Shown: one piece after another, positions 41,925 to 53,300 of the stretch
Position numbering within the stretch: the stretch's first letter is position 1
Layout of the letters: every line of letters begins with the position of its first letter
Assembly: GCA_965223155.1 (NCBI GenBank)
Contig: CBDCVR010000013.1
Location: 32,001-96,000 of the forward strand
From: Candidatus Multivoradales bacterium
GTDB lineage: Bacteria > Acidobacteriota > Thermoanaerobaculia > Multivoradales > JAHEKO01
Length of the DNA: 64,000 nucleotides
Direction of reading: 5' to 3'
Position numbers and translations under genes: made by a program
The notes under the pieces: model-generated
The model's database searches: none
The model's input: the letters and a program-made list of their open reading frames with translations, nothing else
Told to the model about the DNA's origin: nothing

Positions 41925-44030
41925 ATGACCCGCGAACATAAGAGGTTCCTCAGAACGGGTTGGGGTGCCAGGATCACCAAGCTGAGTGTCGGCGGACTCC
42001 TGTTTCTGACGGCATCAGGGCTCGTAATCACCTTCGCGCCGTTTCATGCGGCGGTGGAGTGGACCGTTCTGGTCCATACGGCTCTGGGTCTGTCTCTGCT
42101 ACTTCCCTTCGTTTGGTACAGCTTGGCGCATTGGAAGGACTACCGGCACTACCGGTTGTCGGACATTGTGTTGCTCGGCTACCTGGCCGCAGTAGCCTTT
42201 CTCGTGTGCCTCGTCTCGGGGGCCGTGGTCACCTGGCAAGGGCTGTTCGGCATGCAGATGTCGCAGCTCTGGCGTAACGTGCACTTGTACTCCACGTTTG
42301 CGGCCCTGGCCGCGGGCCTGCCGCACGTCTTGTTGCTCTACTTCCGGATTCGGTCGAAGAAACAGGCTGGATTCGCGGCTCCGGTCGTTCGCTGGAGCGT
42401 TGTCTCGGTACTGGCCGGAGCGGCCGTGGTCGCGGCCCTGACCGCCGTCTACCCGGGATCCGAGTACGTGAACACTTTTCCGGAGGACTACAATTACCTC
42501 TACGGCGAAGACCGCCCGTTCGCGCCCAGCCTGGCGTTGACCTCGACCGGCGGGGCGTTCGACTCGGAATCGCTGGCCGGCTCGATGACCTGCGGCACGG
42601 CTCGCTGCCACGAACAGATCCTGGCCGAGTGGAAACCCAGCGCGCACCGCTACGCTGCGATGGATCCGCTGTTCCAGAAAGTCCAGTCCGTCATGGCCGA
42701 GCAGAACGGGGCCGAGTCGACGCGCTATTGCGGCGGCTGCCACGATCCCATCTCGCTGTTCTCGGGAACCAAGAACATTTTCACCGAGAACCTGACCGAG
42801 TTGTCCGGGTACAACGAAGGCATCTCGTGCCTGTCGTGCCACGCCATTCGCGAGACCGATCTTCAGGGCAACGCCAACTATGTGATGACCCAGCCGGCAG
42901 CCTATCTGTGGCAGTGGCAAGGGTCGGGTGCCGGCAAATTCCTGAGCGACTTCCTGATCCGGACCTACCCGAAGCAGCACAATCTGCTCTCCAAGCGAAT
43001 GTTCAAGGCGCCCGAATACTGTGCCGCCTGCCACAAGCAGTTCATCGATCAGGAGGTGAACCGGGTGGGCTGGGTGCAGCTTCAGAATCAGTACGACAAC
43101 TGGAAGGCCAGTCATTGGTACGTCGAAGGTGATCCGGCCGAGTCGATCGAGTGCCGCGAGTGCCATATGCCGCTGGTGGCGTCGACGGATCCAGCCGCCG
43201 GCGACGAGGCCGACCACAATCGCTCGCCCGAGGACGGCATGCACCGCAGCCACCGCTTCATCGCCGCCAACTCGATGGTGCCGGCGATGCTGGAGCTGGA
43301 GGGTTGGGAGGAACAGGTCGAGCTGACCCATCAGTGGCTGGCGGGGACCTTCGAGATTCCCGAGATCGCGGACAAGTGGCGCAAGGGCCCGGTGGTCAAC
43401 CTGGCGCTCGAGGTGCCGGACAAGGTGGCTCCTGGAGACGAGGTGCCGATCCGGGTGGTGATGACCGCCAACAAGGTCGGGCACGATTTCCCTACGGGGC
43501 CGCTCGACATCATTCAGAGCTGGGTCGAGATCCACGTCACCGACGGCGAGGGCAACGAGGTCTTCTCCTCGGGCAAGCGCGACGAGCAGCACTTCATCGA
43601 GCCGGGAACCTTCTTGTTCAAGGCCGAGCCGGTGGATCAGTACGGCAATCTCATCGATCGGCACAACCTTTGGGAAATGGTTGGTGTGCGCTACCGCAGG
43701 GCGCTCTTCCCGGGCTACTCGGACGCCGTCGAGTACCTGATCGACTGCCCGTCGACCATGGCTCGGGGCGACGACAAGCCCTGGCTCGAACGGGAGGTGC
43801 GAGACTTCGAGATGCCCGACGCGCCTACCGCCGGGCAACTCGTCGTCGATGCCAAGCTCATGTACCGCAAGGTCGATCAGTTTCTGATCAATTTCCTTCT
43901 GGGTGAGGACTCGGGCTTGACGGCGCCGGTGATCGAGATGACCCGGGCGCGGGTGGTGATTCCGGTCCAGGAGCCGAGGTCCGCCGACCTTCGGGTTGCT
44001 GAGGCGGACGCCGTTCCGAGCGGCGGCTAG
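41925..44030 (+). CDS. Membrane-anchored multiheme cytochrome c (c554-like) with His-containing TM domain
   Basis: GGAGG RBS; five TMs; heme motifs CGTARCH, CGGCH, CLSCH, CAACH, CRECH; GHDFPTG. Confidence 0.85.
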   Translation: MTREHKRFLRTGWGARITKLSVGGLLFLTASGLVITFAPFHAAVEWTVLVHTALGLSLLLPFVWYSLAHWKDYRHYRLSDIVLLGYLAAVAFLVCLVSGAVVTWQGLFGMQMSQLWRNVHLYSTFAALAAGLPHVLLLYFRIRSKKQAGFAAPVVRWSVVSVLAGAAVVAALTAVYPGSEYVNTFPEDYNYLYGEDRPFAPSLALTSTGGAFDSESLAGSMTCGTARCHEQILAEWKPSAHRYAAMDPLFQKVQSVMAEQNGAESTRYCGGCHDPISLFSGTKNIFTENLTELSGYNEGISCLSCHAIRETDLQGNANYVMTQPAAYLWQWQGSGAGKFLSDFLIRTYPKQHNLLSKRMFKAPEYCAACHKQFIDQEVNRVGWVQLQNQYDNWKASHWYVEGDPAESIECRECHMPLVASTDPAAGDEADHNRSPEDGMHRSHRFIAANSMVPAMLELEGWEEQVELTHQWLAGTFEIPEIADKWRKGPVVNLALEVPDKVAPGDEVPIRVVMTANKVGHDFPTGPLDIIQSWVEIHVTDGEGNEVFSSGKRDEQHFIEPGTFLFKAEPVDQYGNLIDRHNLWEMVGVRYRRALFPGYSDAVEYLIDCPSTMARGDDKPWLEREVRDFEMPDAPTAGQLVVDAKLMYRKVDQFLINFLLGEDSGLTAPVIEMTRARVVIPVQEPRSADLRVAEADAVPSGG

Positions 44031-44037
44031 GATTCCG

Positions 44038-46623
44038 TTGAGCGAGCCTAAGGTGGTCTCGCGGCGCAGCCAGCGCCTGCGCCGGATCCGGACGGGCGTG
44101 CTCGTCGCGGTGGCGATGGCGCTGGTTCTGGCGGTCTGGCTCTGGCGGGCCAACCGGACCGAGACCCGCAAACCCGGCGAAGAGCTGCCCGAGATCACCC
44201 GGAGGCTGGCCCTGGATCTCCCGGCGGACGCGCCCGAGCCGCTTTGGACGGAGATCGCCACCGAGGCCGGCCTCGGCGGGTTCCGCTCCTTCGCCGGCGA
44301 GCGCTCCTCCCAGCTTCCCGAGGACATGGGCTCAGGCGCCGCCTGGGGGGACTACGACGACGACGGCGATGACGATCTCTTCCTGGTTGCGGTCGGCGGA
44401 GCGCTCAATGCCGAGCCGGAGGGTTGGGCCGAGTCGATGCTGTACGAGAACCTGGGCGACGGGACCCTGCGCCGCGTGACCGGGTTCCCCGAGGTTCGGA
44501 TCGTGGGCATGGCGGCGGCCTGGGGCGATGCCGATGGCGACGGCCGGCTGGACCTGGCGCTCAGCGGCTACAACGAGCTGCGGCTCTACCGGAACACCGG
44601 AGACGGATTCCTCCTGGATGAGCGCTTCCCGAGCCCGGAGGGCTACTGGGCGGGCCTGGGCTGGGCCGACTTCGACAACGATCGAGACTTGGATCTCTAC
44701 GTCTGCGGCTACGTGCGCTACGTCGAGGACGACTCCAAGAGCCGGCGGGCTTCGGAGCAGTACGGCACCGAGGTGCCGTATACCCTCAATCCGGCCTCGT
44801 TCGAGCCCCAGTCCAATCTGCTGCTCGAGAACGCCGGCGACGGCACGTTCCGGGACGTGGCCGCCCTCTGGGGCGTGTCGAATCCCGAGGGCCGGAGCCT
44901 GTCGGCTCTCTGGCACGACTTCGATGCGGATGGCCGCCTGGATCTCTACGTCGCCAATGACATCTCGGACAACGCGCTCTATCTCAACCGGGGCGAGACC
45001 TTCGAGGACGTCAGCCTCGCCGCCTGGGTCGCCGACTACCGGGGCGCCATGGGCCTGGCGGCGGGAGACTGGAATCGCGACGGCGACGACGATCTCTTCG
45101 TCACCCACTGGCTGGCCCAGGAGAATGCGCTCTACGACTCGCGGCTGCTGGCCGCGCCCCCGGCCGCCGGCGCCGAAACGGAGGCCCGCGCCGCCGTGCC
45201 GTTGACTTTTTCCGATCAGTCCGCGCCGTTGGGCCTTGGCCAGACGACGCTCCAGATGGTGGGGTGGGGCACCGAATTCGCGGACTTCGACGGCGACGGC
45301 TGGCTGGATCTGATGGTCGCGAACGGCAGCACCCTGGAGCGGAAGGGCGACGGGCCGCGTCTGCTTCGGCCCCAGACCGACATGCTCTTCTGGAACGAGG
45401 GCGGCCGTGCCTTCCACGACCTAGTGCGCCTGTCGGAGGAGCTGGGCGCCGCCGACGTCAGCCGCGGCCTGGCGATCTCGGACTACGACCGGGACGGGGA
45501 TCTGGACGTCCTGATCCAGCGCCACGGCGAAGCGCCCAAGTTGTGGCGTAACGAGATGCAGACCGGTACCTGGGTCGAGCTCGACCTCAGAAGCGGTACC
45601 GGCTCGGGCCAGGCCTCCGGATCGGGTCTCGGGTCCACGGTTGTCGTCCAGGCCGGCGGCGTCGACCTGCGGCGAACCGTGGGCGGAGCCTCGTACCTGT
45701 CGCAGAGCTCGGCCACGCTGCACTTCGGACTGGGAGAAGCCGCGAGCGTGTCCGGCGTCGAGGTGCAGTGGCTGGGCGGGGAGCGGGAGCGGTTCGAAGG
45801 CGTCAGCGTGGGCGGGCGGTACCGGCTCGTAGAAGGCACGGGCGTCGCCCAGCCGGTGGCGATGCCCGTCGGGACCGGGAGCGCGATCCCGGTCGCTTCG
45901 GCCGCCGCGCAAGAGCTCGGCGAACGCGAGCGGGTCGTCGAGTTCTGGCGCCGGCATCGGGAGGCCATGGATCGCGTCAAGCGCGACGCCGACTGTCCCG
46001 GCGCCGTACCGCTCTTCCGGTCCGCGCTCGAGCTGGATCCGGACCATGAAGACGCCCGCTACTACCTGGCGAACTGCCTCCAGGCACTGGGCCAGACGGA
46101 GGAAGCCCTCGAGCAATTGAACGAGCTGCGCGAGCGATCTCCGATGAGCTACCGCGGGCACAAGCAGTGGGGAGTCCTGCGCGCCATGAATGCCCGTGGA
46201 GCCGAGGATCTGTCGGCAGCGGCCGCGGCTCTGGAGCGCTCGCTCGAGGTCAACCGCGAGCAGACCGGCAGCCTCACCGTGCTTGCCGAGGTGCGCCTCC
46301 TGGAGGGTGACCTGGCCGAGGCCGGCCGCGGCTTCGAGGCCGTCTGTCAGACCAACTCGGGCGATTCCAAGGCCCAGTTTCTGCGCGGGTACGTGGCCTG
46401 GAAGAGCGGGGAGCTGGACGCCAGCCGGCGCGCTCTCGAAGCCGCGCTTGCGGCCCGGGGGCCGGAATGGAAGCCGGAAGGCACGGTTGCCGAAGGGGAT
46501 GTCGCCCAGCGCATGCATCTGGAGGAGAGTCCCCTGGCCGGATTCGCGGACGGCTGGAACGGCGCCATCGATCCGGATGCGGCCTACCGAGCTCTCGACG
46601 CGCACCTGGCCGGCCGTTCCTAG
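44038..46623 (+). CDS. CRTAC1/FG-GAP repeat protein with ASPIC-UnbV domain and C-terminal TPRs
   Basis: Repeated DxDxDGxxDL, SYLSQS..LHFGLG ASPIC motif, TPR-like helices; N-terminal TM. Confidence 0.85.
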   Translation: MSEPKVVSRRSQRLRRIRTGVLVAVAMALVLAVWLWRANRTETRKPGEELPEITRRLALDLPADAPEPLWTEIATEAGLGGFRSFAGERSSQLPEDMGSGAAWGDYDDDGDDDLFLVAVGGALNAEPEGWAESMLYENLGDGTLRRVTGFPEVRIVGMAAAWGDADGDGRLDLALSGYNELRLYRNTGDGFLLDERFPSPEGYWAGLGWADFDNDRDLDLYVCGYVRYVEDDSKSRRASEQYGTEVPYTLNPASFEPQSNLLLENAGDGTFRDVAALWGVSNPEGRSLSALWHDFDADGRLDLYVANDISDNALYLNRGETFEDVSLAAWVADYRGAMGLAAGDWNRDGDDDLFVTHWLAQENALYDSRLLAAPPAAGAETEARAAVPLTFSDQSAPLGLGQTTLQMVGWGTEFADFDGDGWLDLMVANGSTLERKGDGPRLLRPQTDMLFWNEGGRAFHDLVRLSEELGAADVSRGLAISDYDRDGDLDVLIQRHGEAPKLWRNEMQTGTWVELDLRSGTGSGQASGSGLGSTVVVQAGGVDLRRTVGGASYLSQSSATLHFGLGEAASVSGVEVQWLGGERERFEGVSVGGRYRLVEGTGVAQPVAMPVGTGSAIPVASAAAQELGERERVVEFWRRHREAMDRVKRDADCPGAVPLFRSALELDPDHEDARYYLANCLQALGQTEEALEQLNELRERSPMSYRGHKQWGVLRAMNARGAEDLSAAAAALERSLEVNREQTGSLTVLAEVRLLEGDLAEAGRGFEAVCQTNSGDSKAQFLRGYVAWKSGELDASRRALEAALAARGPEWKPEGTVAEGDVAQRMHLEESPLAGFADGWNGAIDPDAAYRALDAHLAGRS

Positions 46624-46775
46624 CCGTACCTGCCGTCGCGGCTTCTTCGGAAGGATCCTTCCGCACTCGGCCCCACCGGCGACGGAGCAGAAACTCGGAA
46701 GGCGGTTGCGGCGCTGGAACCGCAGAGGCCTCGCCGGCTGGGCCCGTCGGTCGACTCTGGTAAAGTTCGGTGGTC

Positions 46776-47195
46776 ATGCCGACTTGGTCCGCGAAACTCG
46801 CGTTTTGTGTAGCGGCGTTCTTGCTGCTGGCGCCCGCCGTTGCGGTCTGTGGCGCCCTGGCCGCGAACCTCGACTGCTGTGCCTCCGGTTCCACCGATCC
46901 GGGCCTGCACGAGCGCTCGGCCGACGCCGCCTCGCACTGCGGCTCGGCGGGATCGCGGGAGGGCTGGCGGGCGGGCCGGACTCATTCGGCAGACATGTGC
47001 TGCGAGTTGAACCGGAGCCGCACGGCCGAGCGAAGCCGACAGGTCCGGGCGCTGGTGCTGCCCACGGAGTTCGTAGCGCCCGCCGCGCCCACCGCCGACT
47101 GGGCGAGCCTCCAGTCCGCGCCGTTGGCGCCGACGAGTGTTCCGGAGCCGGTTTCCCGCGATCTCTACGCCCGCCTCTCGAGCTATCTCCTCTGA
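46776..47195 (+). CDS. Small secreted Cys/His-rich protein upstream of metal efflux genes
   Basis: Signal peptide, CC..HC..CC, Pro-rich tail ending LYARLSSYLL. Confidence 0.55.
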   Translation: MPTWSAKLAFCVAAFLLLAPAVAVCGALAANLDCCASGSTDPGLHERSADAASHCGSAGSREGWRAGRTHSADMCCELNRSRTAERSRQVRALVLPTEFVAPAAPTADWASLQSAPLAPTSVPEPVSRDLYARLSSYLL

Positions 47196-47329
47196 TCCTC
47201 GGCTGAACGGGTCGTTCTGAGGCGCATCATCGCGCCCGGCTGCCCGTGTGTCGATCCGCGCCCGCCGGGCGCGGACGGCGAGTTCCCCGGACTGGGGACT
47301 TCGGAGTCTCTGACGATGGAGGTAGCGTC

Positions 47330-48853
47330 GTGAACCAAGTACAACAACCAACCATGCGCCGGCCCGCGAGGCCGGCCCTGGCCTCGATTCTGGCCCTGGG
47401 GCTGGTAGCGGGGGCCTCGACAGGGCCCGCCGAAGCGGTTACCGACAGCGAACCTTCGGCCGCCACCGCTCTGGTTCAAGCCTCCGGTCCGGAGGTGGCC
47501 GCCCTTCTCAGCGAAGTCCTGGAGCGCAGTCCGGAGCTGGCGGCGGCGCGGGAGCGGGTGGCGGTGTCGCGCAAACAGGTCGAGTCGGTCGGCGCCTTGC
47601 CCGACTTGATCGTGGGACTGACGGCCTTCGCCGAGACGCCTGAGACCCGGGTCGGTCCACAGCGGCTGATGGCGGCCGTCAGTCAGGCGGTGCCCTCGCC
47701 GGCGAAACGGCGCTTGGCGCGAGCCCGCGCCCGGCTCGAGGCCGAGGCTCTGGGGCCCGAGGCCGAGACGCTCGAGCTCGAGCTGCTGCGCCGGGTGCGC
47801 GCTCATTGGATCGAACTGGCCTATTTGGATCGCCGCCGCCAGATCGTGGAGAGGCTGCGGCTCCATCTGGTGCAACACGAGGAGATCGCCCGGTCGCTCT
47901 ACGCAACCGGAAGCGGCACCGGCCAGGGTGTGTTGAAGATCCAGGCGGAGATCACGCGAGTGGATACGACGCTCCTGGACCTCGATCGGCGCCGGGCGTC
48001 GCTTGTGGCCCGGCTCAACGGGCTTCGAGACCGGCCGGCCAACTATCCCCTCGGCGCGGTTCCGGAGCTTCAACGCCTGGTGGCCGCTCTGCCGGGCGCG
48101 GGAGAGACGGTGGCGGTCCAGGAGCCCGGCTCCGGCGAGGCGGCGGTGGCCCTCGATCGGGGCTTAGAGGCGCTCCTCCCGGGAGCGCTGGAGCGCCGGC
48201 CGGAGCTTGCCCGGGCCCGAGCGCGGATCCGGACGGCGGAGGCCGCCCTGGAGCTGGCCGAAAGTCAACGCCGTCCCGGATTTCGGGTCGGCCTGACCTA
48301 CACCCTGGTAGACGCACGCGAGGATCTCGCCGGCCGCCTGGAGCCGCCTCCCGGAAACGGCGACGACGTGCTCGGGATCCAGGGCGGGTTGTCGTTGCCG
48401 GTCTGGCGCCGGGCGCTGGACGCGGGAATCGAGACCGCCGCTGCCGCCTTGAACCTGGCGGGCGAAGACCTGCGCTCCGCGGAGACCCTGGTCCGCACTC
48501 AGATCGGAGATCTTCTGGACCAGGTTCCGATGACCCGCCAGAGACTCGATCTGACCCGAAGCCTCCTCGTCGTGCAAGCCGAGGAATCCCGGGACGCGAC
48601 TCTGTCGGCCTACATCGCCGGCACCGGTGGCGCGCTCGACCTGCTGGACGCCGAGCACGCGCTCTTTGACGCCGAGAGCGTCCAGGCCCGAGCCGAGGCG
48701 GATCTTCTGAACCTGCTGGCTGAGCTCGAGGTCGCCGTGGCCGCGCCGCTGCGGGTGGTCGAGGCGCCCCCGCCGCCGACGCCGGATGTTGGAGCTGCTT
48801 CCCCGACTGACGAATCGAGCCTTCCTTCCAACCGCAACGAGGTGTCTCCATGA
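47330..48853 (+). CDS. TolC-family outer membrane factor (CusC/CzcC-like)
   Basis: Signal peptide, RSPEL and RRPEL helical repeats, LSLPVW, DLLDAE; first gene of RND triad. Confidence 0.8.
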   Translation: MNQVQQPTMRRPARPALASILALGLVAGASTGPAEAVTDSEPSAATALVQASGPEVAALLSEVLERSPELAAARERVAVSRKQVESVGALPDLIVGLTAFAETPETRVGPQRLMAAVSQAVPSPAKRRLARARARLEAEALGPEAETLELELLRRVRAHWIELAYLDRRRQIVERLRLHLVQHEEIARSLYATGSGTGQGVLKIQAEITRVDTTLLDLDRRRASLVARLNGLRDRPANYPLGAVPELQRLVAALPGAGETVAVQEPGSGEAAVALDRGLEALLPGALERRPELARARARIRTAEAALELAESQRRPGFRVGLTYTLVDAREDLAGRLEPPPGNGDDVLGIQGGLSLPVWRRALDAGIETAAAALNLAGEDLRSAETLVRTQIGDLLDQVPMTRQRLDLTRSLLVVQAEESRDATLSAYIAGTGGALDLLDAEHALFDAESVQARAEADLLNLLAELEVAVAAPLRVVEAPPPPTPDVGAASPTDESSLPSNRNEVSP

Positions 48854-50370
48854 GTCAAGTTACGAGTCCTCCCAGGGGCGTTCTGGGGCCGGTCCTGGCC
48901 GCCGTCGCCGCTGTCGTCGTTTGCCTACTCATACTTCTGGATCCGCTGGGAGTCCACGGGTTGGACGAATGGGCGATGTCGCGCCTCGGGTACCAGAAGG
49001 TCGAGGCGCCGCCGGAACCTGCCGAACAGGGGCTTTGGACCTGCCCCATGCATTCCCACATCCTCGAGGACCACGAGGGCGAGTGTCCCGTTTGCGGCAT
49101 GGATCTGGTGCCGGTCGACTCCGAGCTGACAGGCGCGGGATCGGCGGAGCGCGAGGTCGTCTTCTACCGGAATCCGATGGATCCGACCATTACCTCGCTG
49201 GTGCCGGCGAAGGACGAGATGGGGATGGACTACGTCCCAGTCTACGCGGATGAGGCTCGCGAAGTGATGGGCGCTGGCACCGAGATCCGGATCGACCCGG
49301 GCGTGGTACAGAACATGAACGTCCAGACCGAAGTGGCCGAGGTGCGTGACCTCAGCCACGACGTGCGCACGGTCGGGTATCTGGAGTACGACCAGGAGCG
49401 CATGGTCACGGTCACCACAAAGTATGCGGGCTGGGTGGAGAAGGTGTACGTCAACTACGTGGGTGAGAACGTGCGGCGCGGACAGCCGCTTTTCGAGATC
49501 TACTCACCTGAGCTGGTCCAGACCGAGCAGGAACTACTGTCGGCCCTTGAATATGAGCGCCGAGTTGCCTCGGCTCCCGAAGAGCACCGGCGCCGGGCTC
49601 GGGGTCTGGTCGATGCGGCCAGGACGCGGCTGGAGTACTGGGACATTTCCCCCAGCCAGATCCAGCGCTTGGAAGAGACGGGCCAGATTTTTCGCACCCT
49701 GCGGGTGGTGGCGCCGTCCACGGGCGTTGTCATGCAGCGGGTGAAGGGTCTCGAGGGTCGAGCCGTCCAGCCCGGAACGGACGTGTACCACATCGCCGAC
49801 CTGAGCGCCCTTTGGCTCTCGGTCGAGATCTTCGAGAGCCAGCTCACCTGGATCGATCAAGGCACTCCTGCCGAAGTCTCGTTCACCTACTTTCCGAGCG
49901 AGACCTTCACCGGCACCGTCCGCTACATCGAGCCCGAGTTCTCGGAGAAGACGCGCACCCTGCGGGCCAAGATCGAAGTACCGAATGCCGGTGGCCGGTT
50001 GCGGGCGGGCATGTTCGCTACGGTGGTGTTCAAGCCCACGGTGGCGGAGCGCTCGATCACGATCCCGTCGCTGTCGGTCCTGCGTACGGGCCAGCGCGAC
50101 GTGGTCGTTGTGGCCCTGGGCGAGGGTCGGTTCGCGCCTCGGGAGGTCGAGCTTGGCCATTCCGGGCAGGGCTACGTCGAGGTGCTGTCGGGAGTCGAAG
50201 CGGGTGAGCGGGTGGTCACCTCGGCTCAGTTTCTGCTGGACTCCGAAGCCAGCCTGCAGGAGGCGATTCGCAAGATGATGGCGGCGCGCTCGGCAGATCC
50301 GGGCTCGGCCGGCCCGCCGGCCACCGGCGCCGCGACCGGGCACGATTCGGGAGGGCACCATGCTCAATAG
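48850..50370 (+). CDS. cusB: RND periplasmic adaptor with heavy-metal-binding domains (CusB-like)
   Basis: CPMH...CPVCGMDL, YRNPMDP...KDEMGMDY, YSPELV, SAQFLLDSE. Confidence 0.85.
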   Translation: MSQVTSPPRGVLGPVLAAVAAVVVCLLILLDPLGVHGLDEWAMSRLGYQKVEAPPEPAEQGLWTCPMHSHILEDHEGECPVCGMDLVPVDSELTGAGSAEREVVFYRNPMDPTITSLVPAKDEMGMDYVPVYADEAREVMGAGTEIRIDPGVVQNMNVQTEVAEVRDLSHDVRTVGYLEYDQERMVTVTTKYAGWVEKVYVNYVGENVRRGQPLFEIYSPELVQTEQELLSALEYERRVASAPEEHRRRARGLVDAARTRLEYWDISPSQIQRLEETGQIFRTLRVVAPSTGVVMQRVKGLEGRAVQPGTDVYHIADLSALWLSVEIFESQLTWIDQGTPAEVSFTYFPSETFTGTVRYIEPEFSEKTRTLRAKIEVPNAGGRLRAGMFATVVFKPTVAERSITIPSLSVLRTGQRDVVVVALGEGRFAPREVELGHSGQGYVEVLSGVEAGERVVTSAQFLLDSEASLQEAIRKMMAARSADPGSAGPPATGAATGHDSGGHHAQ

Positions 50371-53300
50371 GCTGATCGCCTGGTCGCTCGCCAACCGCCT
50401 TCTGGTCCTGGTTGTGCTGGCCGTAGCGCTGGCGCTGGGCGTGTGGTCGGTGCGCGAGAGTCGGATCGACGCCATCCCGGATCTTTCGGACGTTCAGGTC
50501 ATCGTCTTTACCGAGTACTCCGGCCAGGCGCCGCAGGTGGTCGAGGATCAGGTTACCTATCCGATCACCAGCAAGATGCTGGCAGTGCCGTACGCCAAGG
50601 TCGTGCGCGGCTACTCCTTCTTCGGGTACTCGTTCGTCTACGTGATCTTCGAGGACGGGACCGACCTCTACTGGGCGCGGTCGCGGGTTCTGGAGTACCT
50701 ATCCGGCCTGGCTGAGCGCCTACCCGCTGGCGTAACCCCTCAGCTTGGTCCGGACGCGACCGGCGTGGGCTGGGCCTTCATGTACGTGCTGAATTCCGAC
50801 GAGCACTCGCTGGCCGACCTGCGCAGCTTCCAGGACTGGTACTTGAAGTACGGTTTGTCCTCGGTCGAGGGCGTGGCCGAAGTGGCCTCGATCGGTGGCT
50901 TCGTGCGCCAGTACCAGGTCGAAGTGGATCCGGTCCGACTACGCGCCTACGGCTTGCCGTTGAGCCGGGTGCGCAACGCCATCCAGCGCTCCAACGTCGA
51001 AGTCGGGGGCCGGCTGGTCGAGATGTCCGAACGCGAGTTCATGGTGCGCGGCCGCGGCTACGTCCGTGAGGTTCGGGATCTCGAGAACGTCGTCTTGGGC
51101 TCGGGGCCTGGAGGTGTGCCCATCTTGCTGCGTGACGTGGCCAACGTCACCATCGGTCCCGAGATCCGGCGCGGCCTGGCCGATTGGAACGGCGAGGGCG
51201 AGACCGTGGGCGGCATCGTCGTCGTGCGCACCGGTGCCGACACCCGCTCGACGATCCGCAGGGTCAAGGAGAGACTGGCCGAGCTGGAGGCGGGCCTACC
51301 CGATGAGGTCGAGATCGAGATCGCCTACGACCGCACCGGTCTGATCGAGCGCTCGGTCGATACCTTGACGGACACGCTCCTCGAGGAGTCGATCGTCGTC
51401 GCCCTGGTCTGCCTCGTCTTTCTCTTTCATCTGCGCTCCGCGCTGGTGGCCATCGTCTCGATTCCCGCCTCGATCCTGCTGGCCTTCGTCATCATGCGCG
51501 CTCAGGGTCTGGGAGCCAACATCATGTCCCTGGGCGGCATCGCCATCTCGATCGGGGTCCTCGTGGACGCGGCGGTGATCATGGTCGAGAACGCCCACAA
51601 GCACTACGAGGCTTGGCGCGGCAAGCGCTCGCATCTCGAGATCATCCGTCGCTCGGCCCAGGAAGTGGGGCCGACTCTGTTTTTCACCTTGCTGGTGATT
51701 ACGGTTTCGTTCCTGCCGATCTTTGCCCTGGAGGCGCAGGAAGGGCGGCTGTTCAAGCCACTGGCGTTTACCAAGACCTACACCATGGCGCTGTCGTCCC
51801 TGCTGGCGGTGACCGTGGTCCCGGTCCTGATGTACTGGTTCGTGCGGGGACGGATCCTAAGCGAGGAGCGCCATCCGGTGTCCCGGTTCCTGCGTGCCGT
51901 CTACCGGCCGGTGCTGGCGGCGGCGTTACGGTGGCGCTGGCCGGTACTGGTGGTGACGCTGCTGGTGCTCCTACTGACTCTGGTTCCGCTGAGTCGCATC
52001 GGTGCCGAGTTCATGCCGCCTCTCTGGGAAGGCGACCTGCTCTACATGCCGACGACGTTCCCGGGGGTCTCGGTCAGCAAGGCGCGCGAGATCTTGCAAC
52101 AGACCGACAAAATCATCCGGTCCTTTCCGGAGGTGGAGTCGGTTCTCGGCAAGGTCGGGCGGGCAGAGACGGCCACTGATCCGGCGCCACTGTCGATGAT
52201 CGAGACCACGATCCTGCTCAAGGATCCTTCCGAGTGGCGTCCGGGCCTGACCAAGGACGACTTGATCCGGGAGCTCGATGAGGCGGTCCGCTTTCCCGGC
52301 CTGACCAACGCCTGGACCATGCCGATCAAGACCCGCATCGACATGCTCTCGACCGGGATCAAGACACCCGTCGGCATCAAGGTCGGAGGTCCCGACCTCA
52401 ACGAACTGGAACGGCTGGCCCGGGAGATCGAAAGCGTGGTCAAGCCCCTGCCCGGAACGCTATCGGCCTATGCCGAGCGAGTCATGGGAGGTAGCTACCT
52501 GGACTTCGACATCGATCGCGAGGCCGCCTCCCGGTACGGCCTGACCGTCGGCGACATCCAGGACGTCGTCCAGTCGGCGGTGGGCGGCATGAACGTCTCG
52601 TGGACGGTGGAGGGACTGGAGCGCTATCCCATCAACCTGCGCTATCCGCGCGAGCTGCGCGACAACCCGGCGGCGCTGGAACAGATCCTGGTGGCGACTC
52701 CCACCGGCGCCCAGGTGCCGCTGGGGCAGCTGGCGCGGCTCGAGCTGCGCCAGGGGCCGCCCGGGATCAAGTCCGAGAACGCCCGTCCCAACGCCTGGGT
52801 GTACGTGGACCTGCGCGGAATCGACGTGGGGAGCTGGGTCGAGCGGGCCCGCGCCGAGGTGGAGAGCAGGGTCGAGGTGCCGCCCGGATACACGGTCTTC
52901 TGGTCGGGCCAGTACGAGTACATGCTACGAGCGAAGCAGCGCCTGCTGGTGATCGTGCCCCTGACGCTGGCCCTGATTTTCCTGATCCTGTACTTTCATC
53001 TGAAGTCGGTGATGAAGACGGCGATGGTGCTGTCCGCGATCCCGTTCTCGCTTGTGGGCTCGGTCTGGCTCCTCTACGCGCTCGACTACAACTGGTCGAT
53101 CGCGGTCTGGGTGGGGATGATCGCTCTGGCGGGTCTTGCGGCCGAGACCGGGGTCGTGATGCTGCTCTATCTCGACCTGGCGTTCGAAAAAAGACGGTCC
53201 GCGGGAGAGTTGAGGAGCTTCAAGGACCTGGCCGCGGCCGTGGACCAGGGAGCGGTCCAGCGCATTCGGCCCAAGATGATGACCGTGCTGACGGTCCTGG

